64,000 nucleotides of DNA from assembly GCA_037379345.1 (NCBI GenBank), contig CM074511.1:5828001-5892000 (forward strand), written 5' to 3'. Position 1 is the stretch's first letter. Each line of letters opens with the position of its first letter. A program made the translations under genes and the position numbers. Shown one piece after another: positions 14,745 to 28,100 of this stretch. Source of the stretch: Perna viridis (lineage: Eukaryota). The notes beneath the pieces were generated by a model. That model did no database searches. It saw only the letters and a list, made by a program, of their open reading frames with translations, and was not told where the DNA came from.

Positions 14745-15050
14745 CTGAACCAGCCATCACCTTGCCTCTGAGGAACATGTCTGTTGCTGAGGAACAGACC
14801 ATCAGCTTTGTATGTAAAGCCTCAGGTACTCCAAAACCCAATTTTGTATGGTTTCGTAATGGTAAGAGGATAAGACTTGTAAACAGGCAAAGATATGAAA
14901 TCAAAGATATGCTGTATGGTAGTGTTTTGAGAATTGAGCCAGTAAAACAGCGGCGAGATTCAGGGGAGTTTAAATGTGTGGCCAGCAATACATATGGAGA
15001 TGAAGTGGAGACAACCGCTTACTTACATGTATATCCAGTTGATCAAAGTG
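14745..15050 (+). CDS. Lar: LAR exon, Ig1 domain (306 nt, phase 1-1)
   Basis: Acceptor tctttttag|CTGAA, donor AGTG|gtaggt; [10 protein letters not shown]...[20 protein letters not shown]...FKCVASN...[10 protein letters not shown]. Confidence 0.93.
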
Positions 15051-16085
15051 GTAGGTAATTCTTGTCCGAGACAAAAACTTCCTTAATATTGTTTCCAAAT
15101 ATCTTTTCCCTTAACTTAACAATGCAGCTTAACAATGAAAGACTTTACCTAGCTTAAATCTTAACAGTTCATTAAATACAGTGTGTTTTATTTTTCGTCC
15201 TTCTTGTTTTTAGTAACATATTTCTTGTATAGACCCATAACACCGCTGCTTTCATTACAAGTATTCATTACTTGTTGAAGTTTTTGGTCTGATCAGTATA
15301 AAAACATGGCAGGCTATAAGTACATTTTAATCATATATAGATGATTATATATATTGTACTTGGTTTTTGTCCTGGGACAATGTTCATCATGTGAGCTTTC
15401 AGGAACTAACCATATGCTCTATATACCTAAATCATCATATAATTTCAAGGTCAAAGTTATTTATTATTCTTTATATTCCTATATTTGATGTTTTTTTTCT
15501 GCTTTGAGTGCCACTTTGCTGACGATATTTGACTTCTCTGCTGTTTCATTCCAATTATTAAGATATAAAAAATTTACATGTTTTCAAAAAATTCTCTTGG
15601 ATCAGTGGTGGCTTTTTTGATGAAGGAGCATTGATTGCTTCATGCATGATGGTCCAATTTATAGAATCCAATTACATCAGATTAAAATCAATAATTGTGT
15701 ACTGCATAACTTTGTTTAATTATTAATATAAGCTGATGGTAGACAAATGATATTGGTGATGTTGATAATAAGCCTGCAGGATTGGCAGTAATATACATAT
15801 ATTGGTTGGTTTTAGGTGTAAAACACTACCATTATAACTGTATGAACTGTTTAAAGTTTTTTTGTACTGTCTTTGACAGGTTTATGTCTTCATTAATTGG
15901 CTTAACTTGATGAGAACTGAGAATTCTAATTGTCATAAATCTAGATGATTGTTTGGTTATAGTCAGGATCTTAGAGGATTGTTTTGTAAGAACAGACAGA
16001 CAATTCAGTATTTACAGGGTTTCAGATTGACATGCACTATTCTGACACAAATTTATTGTCATTGTCTTCTTAAGGTACATTTGAT

Positions 16086-16116
<31 letters not shown>

Positions 16117-19100
16117 GAACAGTCAGAACTACTCAGCCATTTTTGCTACAGTAAAAAATAATGATGCTGAAAGGTGATTTTTTTCTTGAAAAAAATTGCC
16201 AGAACTGTAGATATGCAGGACTCAAAGTAGTTATTTCCACCAGGTGGCACTAAAAAGATATCACTAGAAATATAGAACAGTAACTTTGTGAAGAATTTTG
16301 GCACCAAGCCAGGATCTAGGAAAATGAGTAATGGTAAAAATTTTAACCAGTAAAACAATAATTTTAAAATCGGATCAGTCAAATTCCGGACAGATTCTTC
16401 CCCTCATAATACCTCTGAGGTTTTTCTCATGTGTAAGTAAAAAGGCTGAGGAGTTCTGATATATATAACATCTATTAGTACTTTTAGCTATTGTTTTTTC
16501 CAGTTATATGATAAAGTTTTTCTTCAGAGTACCTCATTAGTTTTGATCTGTTTTTTTTTTATTTATTGTTTTCACATAAGCTGTATAGACTGTCTCATGT
16601 CCTGACAACTTAATTTATCCATTGTTATGACTGTAGTGTCAGACAGTGCTGATGATTTATAACTTAATTAAACTTTCCCTGGTCTCTACAATGCAGGGAG
16701 AAAGCAGTGTCACTATTTACATATAGAATTCAATATGTTCCATCAAGGATACAAACATTGACCAGGCCAGGTCTGACTCAGGTCTGTATATCACATATGT
16801 ACATGTAGATTGACCAGGCCAGGTGCGACACGGGTCTGTTTATCACATATTTAGATTGACCAGGCCAGGTTTGACTCAGGTCTGTTTATCATATATGTAG
16901 ATTAATCAGGCCAGGTCTGAAAAGGGTCTGTTTATCACAAATGTAAATTGACCAGGCCAGGTCTGACAAGGGTCTGTTTGTCACATATGTAGATTGACCA
17001 AGCTAGGTCTTACTTCTGTTTTTATTTAGAAGAGGTTAAAATGAAGAACCTCTAAGTACAAAAAATGTATACATACCGTTCAATGTTAATATTTTGTTTT
17101 GTTCTTGTGGTATTTCACTGCATTGCACTTATAAAAGTGGTATACAATCTGTTTGAATATGTATGTCACATCTTATTTTATTGATTTCTTTTATTTTTTG
17201 GGGTGTTAAAATTAATTTTAATCTTGAGTTTCCTCATCTCAAGGTTCCTTACCTAATATTTCCTAACTATTCTAGTATCTGCTTTCATTGGTCTACTTTC
17301 ATCTGGTGACAGATTATGAAAACATTTTTTTTTGCAATAATAACAGCATTTGTTTGCTTGCTTCCATCTTCTTTGTTTTTTGTGTACCAGTATTTTAATT
17401 TTTTTTTTAAGTTAATGCAATCTGAGTTTATATTCACTTATAAAGGCTTTTATCTTATACTTTAAACATATTACTGTGAACAGGGAATCATCTTCTTTGA
17501 AGAATGTTGTAGTTTATCTTGAATGACATATTTTGTGTAATTTCTAATTAAATGTAACTTTCTTAGGAACTTGAATGTGTTATTGTGAAAGTAAATTTCC
17601 GTTGTAATGATGAGATCTCCCTACTCTGGGATTAGCTGGTGACAGAGACCTGCTCATTTGGCTTGTTACATGGATCTCCGATCTTTCAGATATGAATGCT
17701 TCTCAAGAATTATACTTAATGTAGGCTACTCCTATAGAAGTCTATTCATATTGATTTTATTCAAGAACAAATGTTACTATGGCAACAGAAATGAGCTCTC
17801 TAAAATTGTTTTACTTCCTTCCATGAATATTTTGGAGATTTTCGGTGAAATTGGTTTTAGTTATTGACATCCTATCGTTGTCAACTGTCAGCATAATTGA
17901 AATTTAAAAGTCATTGTGGAACCATACTGTCTTTGGCCAGAAGTTAAATATTGTTGTAAGACCCTTGTATTTCATCAGCAGGAAATTTATTCATTTAAAG
18001 AAAATTTACAACCCAATTTAAAGAGCAGATGTAAAGGTCTTATGTCCCAAGGCATAGTGAATCATCATATACAGAATACTTAATAGATAAGTCTAGGAAT
18101 TATTAAACCTCACAATTGGACTATTCTTGGCCAGTAGTGTGATAAAGTGCAGCTGATGTCTGTAAGGAGTGCAGATTATTGGAAATCAAAAATAGGATGA
18201 TAAAGATGAAAGTGTATTGAAGGACTCCTTCATTTGAATGCTCTTGGCCAATACTTCAGTTTTCAGAAATTTAGCAAAAGTAAGAGTGTGTGAGAAATAT
18301 CATTTTCCATGACATATGATGATATTAAAAATACCACCATCATGCTATGTTTACTTTTAAGCTAATGCTATATAGATTTAGTGATGAAATATGATGGCAG
18401 AGAAATTTATTTTTTATTTATATTGGCCCAAAATTGAAACAACAGAAAATCAAATTTCCCATTTGCAAAAAAAATTCTTTATAAGAAATGATGTTTCAAA
18501 TTTGTCTTAAGTAAAATATATTTTTAAAGATTATGCAAGAATATTTCTGCTGTCAAATCTTAAGGATTAGCAAACTGAGTCTGTGATATTCTATTCTTGA
18601 ATTGAATACCTGTTGTTAAGCATCTAGACCTTTGTGACAAAGAGTTGTTTCCCTTTATTCTTCTTATTTATACTGTAATAAATTATAATGGTTTAGGATT
18701 ACCGATGTCTCCATGAATGAAATAGTCTTGGTGTGACTTGTCATTCAGTGTGAACCCTTTACTTGTCTAATATACATTTATATTGTTTATTTCTACAATA
18801 CTTTATTGGTAAGGACCCAAATTTGGATTATATTCTTCTCAAGGACACGCATTCATTCAAAACACAGGTTTTACTTCAAGGTTTAAATTTCACTCTCTTT
18901 CTGTTCTGCATTTTAGACCAAACTACTTTTTGTTGATTTCAGAACTGATTTAAAAGAAAATTTTAAAAAATATAGAATAAATAAATATAAAACAAAATAA
19001 TGTCATTGAAAGTTATATTTATCTAAGATATAGCTAACTACCTTTCATGGAGGCTTTATAAGAAAAGAAAATGAATCTTTTCTGTTATAAAAATCACTTC

Positions 19101-22100
19101 AAAGTTGTGCAGGTTGAATTATAAGAGTTTACCTATACCACAAATCTGCATAGTTGATTAGAACTTTAATTCAGAAATTTTAAACTTCTTCAGGGTGTAC
19201 AATTTAACTCTTATGGGTGTGATTAAGATGATTTAGAGGAAAATTAGGTCTTAGTTTGACTATACTTCTCTTTCCCACACTTTGGTCTAAAGTAACAAGC
19301 TAATTCTTAGTTCATTCATGTTCACACCATTATAAACTAACCAAAACAGTCCTGACATGATTGTAGATCATTTATACAAATCAGTTTTTGTCAAGTTTCC
19401 AGAGAACCATGATGTAGACTATAGATATGAATCAGCAAAAATCTTCCTTACAATGGAAATGTCATCAAAATTTAAAAAAAAATAAAGATGGAGTGTTTAG
19501 CTTTAGATAGAGAAATGTCTCTGATGTGTCTACCCTAAGATTAACCCTATGCAGGAGGTTCTTATGTAAGTGTTAATGTCATATTTAAGGCCAGTAAAAT
19601 AATAGAATGGGCGGATTTAAAGATTTGAAGAAGATACTTGATTTAGTCATTGTACCCCCTGGGGATGTCAGGTGGTCAAAGGATATCTGGTTTGTATGTT
19701 ATGTTTACATTACGGTGTTAGGTGTTAGTCAACATTTACATGGTGCATTTCGTTGGGAACAATTATTCATCTTCAATATTGGAGTTACTCCCCTTTACAC
19801 ATTAGTGGCACAAACCAAAAACTAAATTACTTGTGAAAATTAGTCAATTTCTAACAAGGTTCCATTCTGAATGGTGTGGAGTCTCCCAGTCTCCAAAATT
19901 GAAAACCTTCACATTATTACTTACTGAAAATATATTTGAATGAGTTTCTTTGTATGACAGTTTCTAGACAAAAAGAGTGATATAAATGTGTATGTATTAT
20001 TTGGCTGATATTTTTTTTTACAATGTTCATTGTTATATAATGAATATGGCTGCCTTCATTAGGAAAGCCCAACTATGTGGGATTAACTTTTCTCCCAGCC
20101 AGAAGACAAAAGTTGACCACAAAAATTTTTTAACTACTGGTACTATCAGAGTCATCAAAGGTATGCATTAATCTTTACAGGTAACCCAGAATGGAAAAAA
20201 ATGTATACAGGTAAAATGTGCAATCCCTGAAGGTCAGCTGAGGTTCATGTATAAATAGAAAGTATCTTGCTGATTACACAGGATTGGTTAGGCCTGGGTA
20301 CTGTGGAACCTTCGTAATAAGACCCTTCTTTTTGCTGAATTATAGGGTTTGACAGGCTGTTGTGAAATTTAGGTAGAAACAACAATAAAAGGACCAACGA
20401 TAAAATGTCGAATTAGACAGGTTTTACTATAGTTATGGAAATTGATTTTGAAATATCTTTTACATTGTTCTCAAGTTTTAATTTGTTTTATTTTTATTTA
20501 ATTTTTTGGCAAAAAGAAATAAAAAAAAAAAACAAGGCATAGGGTATGAAACAGCATAAATCTGGGCATGTTTTACAATATTTTATTTTTTCTAGAATCC
20601 ATGTATTACATTCATAGTGATCAGCAAGAAGCCTTCAATTTTGTTGGGACCTGTTGTACCTGTGTGATCCCCAAACCTCCGATATTAAATCGGCATGATG
20701 TTGTCTACAGTGCAAATCATAGGCTTTATCCTGAGTTGATATTGTTGAAGAAAAATACTGAAAGGAGATTTAAATCTAGAAAGATGAGATAAGAAATTAT
20801 CATAAATTACTAATTTATTACATGCATATCCATCATATTGTATGCTGTTGATGTATGTTTGATAAGTATCTATGAAATTTAACCTGTTATTCCTTTTGAA
20901 TATTTGAAATTTTTATGTAAAGTAGCCATTTAAGATCTCATCTTTCTCAGTCGGGGTAAATCTGGCTTTGCTTTGTATTTTTTGTACAATAAATATCCTT
21001 GAGAATTACACCATCTTAGCAGTTGATATCCTTCCCTGTTAAAGGAGTTAAGACATACAATTTTCTTTCACCAGCTTCAGAAAAATGAAATAGAGTTTTG
21101 CTTGGTTTTGATTTTAATTGGAGTCTTTGCTATAGTTAACTGTTTTTCCCTACATTTTCTGGTACTAACTCATAAGTATGTCTTTGCTTCTTGTTTTCTT
21201 CCTTCTCTTTCCTTATATTTGTGTTGTAGATTTTTTTATGAAGAAAGGGAGACAATTCTATCACATTTGTTTTTAAAGTATTTACACATTAATACAGTTT
21301 ATTGATACATATTAAAAAGCATGCTCTTACCTTACAAACTTTATAATCAATTCACTCTTTTAATTTAGATATGTGTATGTATGCATGTGAAAAAAGCTAT
21401 TCATATTACATGTATATTGAGAAAGTATATTTAGGTATACCATTTTTCTATAAATAGTTTTCTTTCTATTTAAGGTATACCACAGGGGTATCCAAGAATT
21501 ACAGTGAACCCCAAGCTGAAGTCCGTAGAAAAAGGAAGAGATGCTATGATGAAGTGTGAGGCTGAGGCCCCAGGGGCATACAGAATGGACCCAGTCAAGA
21601 TAGAATGGTTTAAAGATAAAGTCCCAGTGGATCTCAGTAATTCAAGATTAAAGATAATAGATCCAGGTAATAGAATGATAAAGCTCAATTTTTATCACAA
21701 ACTACATGTTGGGCATTTAACACCAGTGAAATGACCGTAAAAATACATCATTAGGGCCCGCCACAAAAAGGTCACATTATAGTGATGTCTCCGTCCGTCC
21801 ATTACAAACTCGTGTCCAGACTGTAACTTTTTTTATCTTTCAATGTAGGCTTTTGATATTTTGTATATTGCTCCATGGATAGTGGTCTATGACCTTGAAC
21901 TTTGACCGCAAGGTCCAATTCATTTTTTAGCTCACCTGGCCGAAGGCCATGTGATTGATTGTTTGATTGTCAGGGTTTAACGTCCGAGCAGCAATATTTC
22001 AGCTATATTCAGACAGCATAGATGAACATGAAATGGATGATAAAATGAACATGAAATGATGATGAAATAAAAAAAAAAAAAAGGATAATAGGGTCGATAA

Positions 22101-25100
22101 ATTTTGATTGCCACTAGAAAAAGGGAGGGGTGGGTAAGGTCGGGCAATTAAGCCTCCTGTGGCGGAGCACAAAGGTTCCTACTCCTATCGAATACCACAG
22201 CAGGGTTCTTTAACGTGCCAGGAACGTGACATCTTTCCCAACACAGTGCACCACTATGGTTTGCGGTCAGGTTTTCTGTATTATAGCCTGACAACCCCAG
22301 CATGTAACACGCCAGGGGTACACATCCCAGTTGCTCTGTAGGCAGAGCACCTAGCCGCCAGCTAGTTTCTGAGCACTATTTAGTCGCCTTTTACGACACG
22401 CTTAGCACTGCTTCAGGCATATTCTTTTAACACCCGGACCTACACAGGGCCAAAGGCCATGTGAGCTATTGCCATCACTTGGCGTCCGTTATAGTCGTTA
22501 ACAATTTTTCAAAACTCTTCTCCTCTGAAACTACTTGACCAATTTGAACCAGACTTGGTGTGAATGTTCTTTGGGGTTTCCTGCATAGAACCAATGTGAG
22601 GATTTGTGATCCGTCGAAAAAAAAAACATAGGGGTCAGACAGTAGTTTTTCGCATTTATTTCCAAAACCGTTAGGTTTAGCCGAATTCTGACACCAGTAA
22701 AAGTGTTCAGCATGATGAGATCTATCTGTGGTCAAAATTTGGTGAAAATCTATTGACCCATGTTGGAGTTACTGCCCTTTTTGGACGTTTTTTTGCTGTT
22801 TAAAATGTTATTATTTTCAAAAATCTTCTCCTTAGAAATTTCTTTTCAGAATTCAATGAAAGTTGGTATTTTTGTTTTAAAGGGCATCCTTTACAAAATG
22901 ACCATTTGGATTTTTGATCTGTTATAAAGCATTGCCACTGTTACTAAAAATTGAACATTGGGGTCAGACAGCAGATTTTTGCATATATCTCCAGAACAGT
23001 TAGGTTTAGCCAAAATCTGAAGAGATCTATCTGTGATCAAATTTTGGTGAAAATTTGTTGACCCATGTTGAAGTTATTGCCCTTTTTGAAAGTTTTTTTC
23101 GTTAATGATGTTATTACTTTAAAAAATCTTCTCTCAGAAACTGCTCTACAGAATTCAATGAAAGTGACATTTTTGTTTCATATGGTAATGACAGATTTTT
23201 TTTATCACTGAAAAAACATAGCTGCCGTTTCTAAAAATAGAACAATGGGGTCAGACAGCAGATTTTTGCATACATCTCCAAATCTGTTAGGTTTAGCCAA
23301 TAGCTTTCAATTGCTGAATGATCCTTATTACAAGGCTTACAAATGTCTCCAATGAATCAAATGGAGTTAAAATTGTCTGACGATTCATTGTTAGAGTTAT
23401 TACCCTTAAAAGGCAAAAATTTAACCAGGTGAGCCATTCAGGCTCCTGGGAGCCTCTTGTTTCAGTGATAAACTTGTGTCCGGGCTGTAACTTTTTTATC
23501 TTTTCTATGTAGACTTTTGATATTTGGCATGTTGGTAGATCATGTAAAGACAATGTGTCACCTACCATGGATGGTGGCCTGTGACCTTGAACTTTGATCT
23601 CAAGGTCTAATTCCTGTTTTTTTTTTTTGTGACAAACTCTTGTCCAGACTGTAATTTTTTTTGTCTTTCAATGTAGGCTTTTTATATTTGGTATACGGGT
23701 AGATTACCTAACTCCATATCGTATATTTGCTTAATTCATCGCGGTCCCCATACAGATGGGTTCCATCTCAATGATTTGTTGTTTCATATAAGTGGAGAAT
23801 GGGCTATTCTTATTTACACATTGTCATATGGTATTCACTAATGTACACTGACATATGGAGGGCATTTTCAAATGATAATGCCAGGGCATTAATCTAGAGT
23901 ATTACTACAGAGTAATGCCTGCTTCAGATCCTACAATGAAAGAAACACTATAACTGATTATGTAGGAGGCATTATCAATGAATTGACTGCCTTTCTGGAG
24001 GACATTGCCTTTAACATTTATAATGTCTTTGTCTGTGGCTCAAGGCATTATCAGTGTTTCTGGCAACATTACTGTCCCTCAATGTGCAGTCAATTTACCA
24101 TGATAATGTCCTCTGCATTAGCAACTATTGGATAATTAATAATGTGGGAAAACTCATCAGATACTGATCAATAAGAATAGGTTGGGTTTATTTGCCTGAA
24201 GCTTTTCATTGACATCTTAGAGAGGATTTTTATCAGTGTATGATACTTCTGAACTATCTAGATGTCCATACAATGACTAGTGAGTTCAGTAGTACGTGAA
24301 AGTCCTAGAGAGAAAAGACTGAGATGCTTGTAGATCCCTAGTTACTGGCCATGAAGAGGACAAACGGGCAAGAAATCATTCAAATGAAATGCCTTTTTTG
24401 ATGATTATAGTTTTGACTTGAACAAATTTGTTTTGACAATTTTATTTTCAACCATTATCAGTGTAATGTTTGTTTTTTTGCCAGGATATTTACAGATAAA
24501 GAGCAGTATGGAATCTGATCATGGACGATACGAATGTGTAGCCTCAAACAGTATTGGTGTGGCTTATTCATTTGCTGCTATGCTGTATGTTAAAGGTCAG
24601 TATCTTGTTATGGTTGCCTTATGACTTCAGATGCAGGAGATAGTTGCCTAAGTTTTTATATGACAACAAAAAATTTGCCATCCTTGTCGTCTTCTGTAGA
24701 AACTTGCAGTAACTCGAGTATTGGATGATCTTCATCAAATTTTATAAAAGGTTCCAAACCACAAAAGGAAGGTTGGTATTAATTTTGGGGTTTATGGCCC
24801 CAGCCATTTTAGAATTAGGGGCCAAAAAGAGGCCTAAAACGAGCATTTCATGGAAGTTAACTACATGGTGTATGAGTCCAATAAAAGAATAGGAATGTCT
24901 ATGACACAATGTTTTGTTCTACAATATTCTATACTACAATGGTCAGACTTGGATTGATTTTTGAGGTAAAGCTATTTGTGAATGAATCTTTTTGAAATTG
25001 TATGACAAGGTGCCATACCACAAAATTAAGACTGGGATTGATTTTGAAGATTGTGATTTGAGCCAAGTAAGAATAAGGGGCCACAAACATGCTAGGTACA

Positions 25101-28100
25101 AGTATTTTTTAGCTTACATGGCCAAAGGCCATATGAGCTATGGCCATCACTTGGCATCTGTCGTCGTCATCGTCGTTAACAATTTTTCAAAACTTGTCTC
25201 CTCTGACACCACTTGACCAATTTGAACCAAACTTGGTATGAATGTTCCTTTGGGTATCCTGCATGGAACTGAAGTGGGGATTTTTTGATCCGTTGAAAAA
25301 CTTGGCCGCCATTACTAAAAATAGAACATAGGGGTCAGACAATAGTTTTTCACATATATCTCTTTATTCTATGCCATGGCTTGATTTTTTTCAAAACATG
25401 TTTTATTTGGATTTTAAGTTTATACTTAATTAAATAAAATACTCATGTCCTATATTTCAAGTATACAAATTTTCTTATAGAGATCCAGCTATTATAAATG
25501 TTATCATTTTCCTTACAACTCATTTTTTCTTTAATTAGGAAACATTTTGCTATCATTTTAGTATGTTCACCAAGATATACATTTTATTTCTTTTGAAATC
25601 TTCCTGTAAATATTTGGCCCTGCATTGGTTTTTATTGCACAATTTATTGTTTGTGATATAAAGTTCAAGATTAAATTCAAAATTTTCAACAAATTATTGA
25701 TATACAATGATTTTTCTTTTGCTTTAATCTCATTTTAATGATTTCGGATGTCTGTCCATTATTTCCAAATTGTCTGCTGCACTTGCAGCATGATACGTGG
25801 CTAGAAATGAATGATTTTGCCCTAATGTCAATGTTGGTCATTAATGCGTCTTTTTGTTATTATTATATGACGTTCTGATTTATTTCGAGAAAGTTTCAAC
25901 ATTTTGTTACTGTGTATTTTATTACTTTTGTTGTCGGGTCCTTCCAGAGCTTACTTGAAGGTGTGTTAACACTTATTGAAGACCTTTTATTGTCTACTCA
26001 AGTATTTACCATTTTTATAAAGGTGCATTTCACTATATCTGTTCCTTTTTTTCCATCAAATGTTGACATAACAGAGAAAATTGTTTTCATTATTCATCCC
26101 TGAACCAGCTGTAAAATTTCATGTAAAGGGCAGTAACTCTAGTGCACTTGTTAACTAATGAAACGGATATCATGTATTAGAGAAAGGTTTATCTCTGTCT
26201 TATTCAAGTAAAAAAAATTCACCATGAGATAAGTTTACATGATGTAATAACTTGTTAGCTTACACATGGATTTTGTTTCATTACACAGTTGAGAATGTAC
26301 AGTTAAAAAGCTAAAATTGAATAAAAAATAATCAGTCTGAAAACTAGAAATAAACTCTATAAATGCAAGGTTATATAATATCATGTTGATATGAACATTA
26401 ATTAAGTCTCTATACAAATACTCCCTCTATTTTCACTTAGTTAGAAAGTTACCATCAATTAGGATAATGCTGATTTAAACATAATCATCAGTCTGCAAAA
26501 ATGAAAACTTAACTTGAGAAAAATGTTACAGTGTTATGCAACATGGCTGAAAGTAAACAATAAATTGCGTCTCACCATACACACTGAGTCTATTTTCACT
26601 CTGTCGAAAATAAACCTTTTTTTTTTCTAACACAGATTAAAACAAAGTAGAAAAAACATATGGTCAAAAGGGAAATGATTTTCACAAAAATCTGTTTCAT
26701 CACCGTTTTGTAGAGTTGATCCATGTGATTTTTTTCAGTTTTTTGTCTCATTTAATGATGAATAAAAACATAGCTCCGTATTTAAGTTAACTGGCTGTGA
26801 AATGTAGAAAACATATATAAACATTTCTTAAATTACTCAATACAACTTAAACAGATGACAAGAGATCGAGCACAGATTGATTATAACACTAGTAAATGAA
26901 CCATTAGATCATGCTTCAAGGTCTTAAGAATCTTTGTGCTATAGATGTTATAATTAGTTGGCTTCTAACATTCATTATAAAGTCATTGTATAGTTTGTTA
27001 TGTGGGGCAATAACTACACCAGTAAGTTCTAAAGCAATGACAATAACCAAAGTTTATGTTTATAAGTTCCTTGGTATTACAGAATATATCAAAACAGAGA
27101 ACTTCACTAGCCAACCAGGCCTACTCAATCTGACATGTTACCAAGACAATTTTTTTAGACATTGGTGATACTAAAGTAGTAATTGAATTTAACCTGATTT
27201 TGATAAAAACACTTTTCAAAGGTGTTGAAAGAAACCTCTCAGATTAAATGATTTAAGATAGTAAATATTCCATTTATTGTTTATTGTTCTAGTGAGATTA
27301 AAGGCAAATTAAAGATATAATAATAAGATTAACAGAAAACTTCAGATATGTTATAGATAAGGTTTAAATGAGACTTTTTACCACTGATAGGCTTTGAATG
27401 ATAGAAGAAGTAGAATTTTGTGTTAAGACCTCACATGCTCTCACTGTTGATACATAGCTGTTAATTAAGTTTAATTCAGTGAGGATCTTTAAGTGACGAT
27501 TAGAGGCAATATAAAACCATATTTTTTAACTTAAAAAAAGTCTGACAAGAATGTACATATGAGCTTCAAGGACACAGCCCATCACTCAACATATCTCCAT
27601 TCTTGAAGATATTTAAGAAGAGCTTTTTTAGATGCATTATGTGGAATGTTACAAACATAATGTTTATATGACTTAGGTAACCTCTTGTAAGGGGAGACAA
27701 TCTGGAAGCAGCATGGCACTTGGAATTAGTCCACAGACATGCCCCAGAAATTATAGAATAAACCACTTTGAAAAACAGAAACTTGTTTACATAAATGTAG
27801 ATAATCAATCCATAAATATACCTTTATTGTTTCACCTTGATAAAAAAATTATTAAAAATATTTGGTGTAATTTTGATTTACAAGCATACACCTGTTGTTA
27901 ATTAGACTTTGATGTCTAGTGTTCATTAAAAGACAGGTGTTTTTGAAGAAATTTCTAGGGAGAACCTTGATAACCTGTAACTCTGATCATTGCAAGAGAA
28001 ATTCTAGATAAGTTTTGTCTGTGGAGAGAAATTGATTGAAGACCATCAGATAATGATAGTGTTATTATTATCTTCTGTTTTGCTGCTCAGTTACCTAACT

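Larger units (their letters stand above)
21751..23780 (+). mobile_element. Helentron-associated non-autonomous (HINE-like) element A, interrupted by element B
   Basis: Sub-terminal IR gggcccgc/gcggtccc, tccgtccgtcc microsatellite, internal tandem units (aaactcgtgtccagactgtaac...gaccttgaactttgacc) on both sides of the insert, 3' hairpin agatgggttccatct then ttgtt. Confidence 0.65.

Noticed and set aside
14716-14988. Antisense ORFs over exons (also 21470-21688, 58628-58816, 60447-60629)
   Set aside because: Shadow frames of real + strand exons with no independent coding signal.
24418-24484. Hydrophobic in-frame extension upstream of the Ig2 C-terminal exon
   Set aside because: No suitably placed ATG and it would start mid-domain. 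It is just the pyrimidine tract, and shows that such tracts can mimic signal peptides.
21667-24484. Search for a mini-exon A homologue
   Set aside because: The intron position is conserved, but I found no convincing frame-preserving microexon; most of it is transposon-derived.
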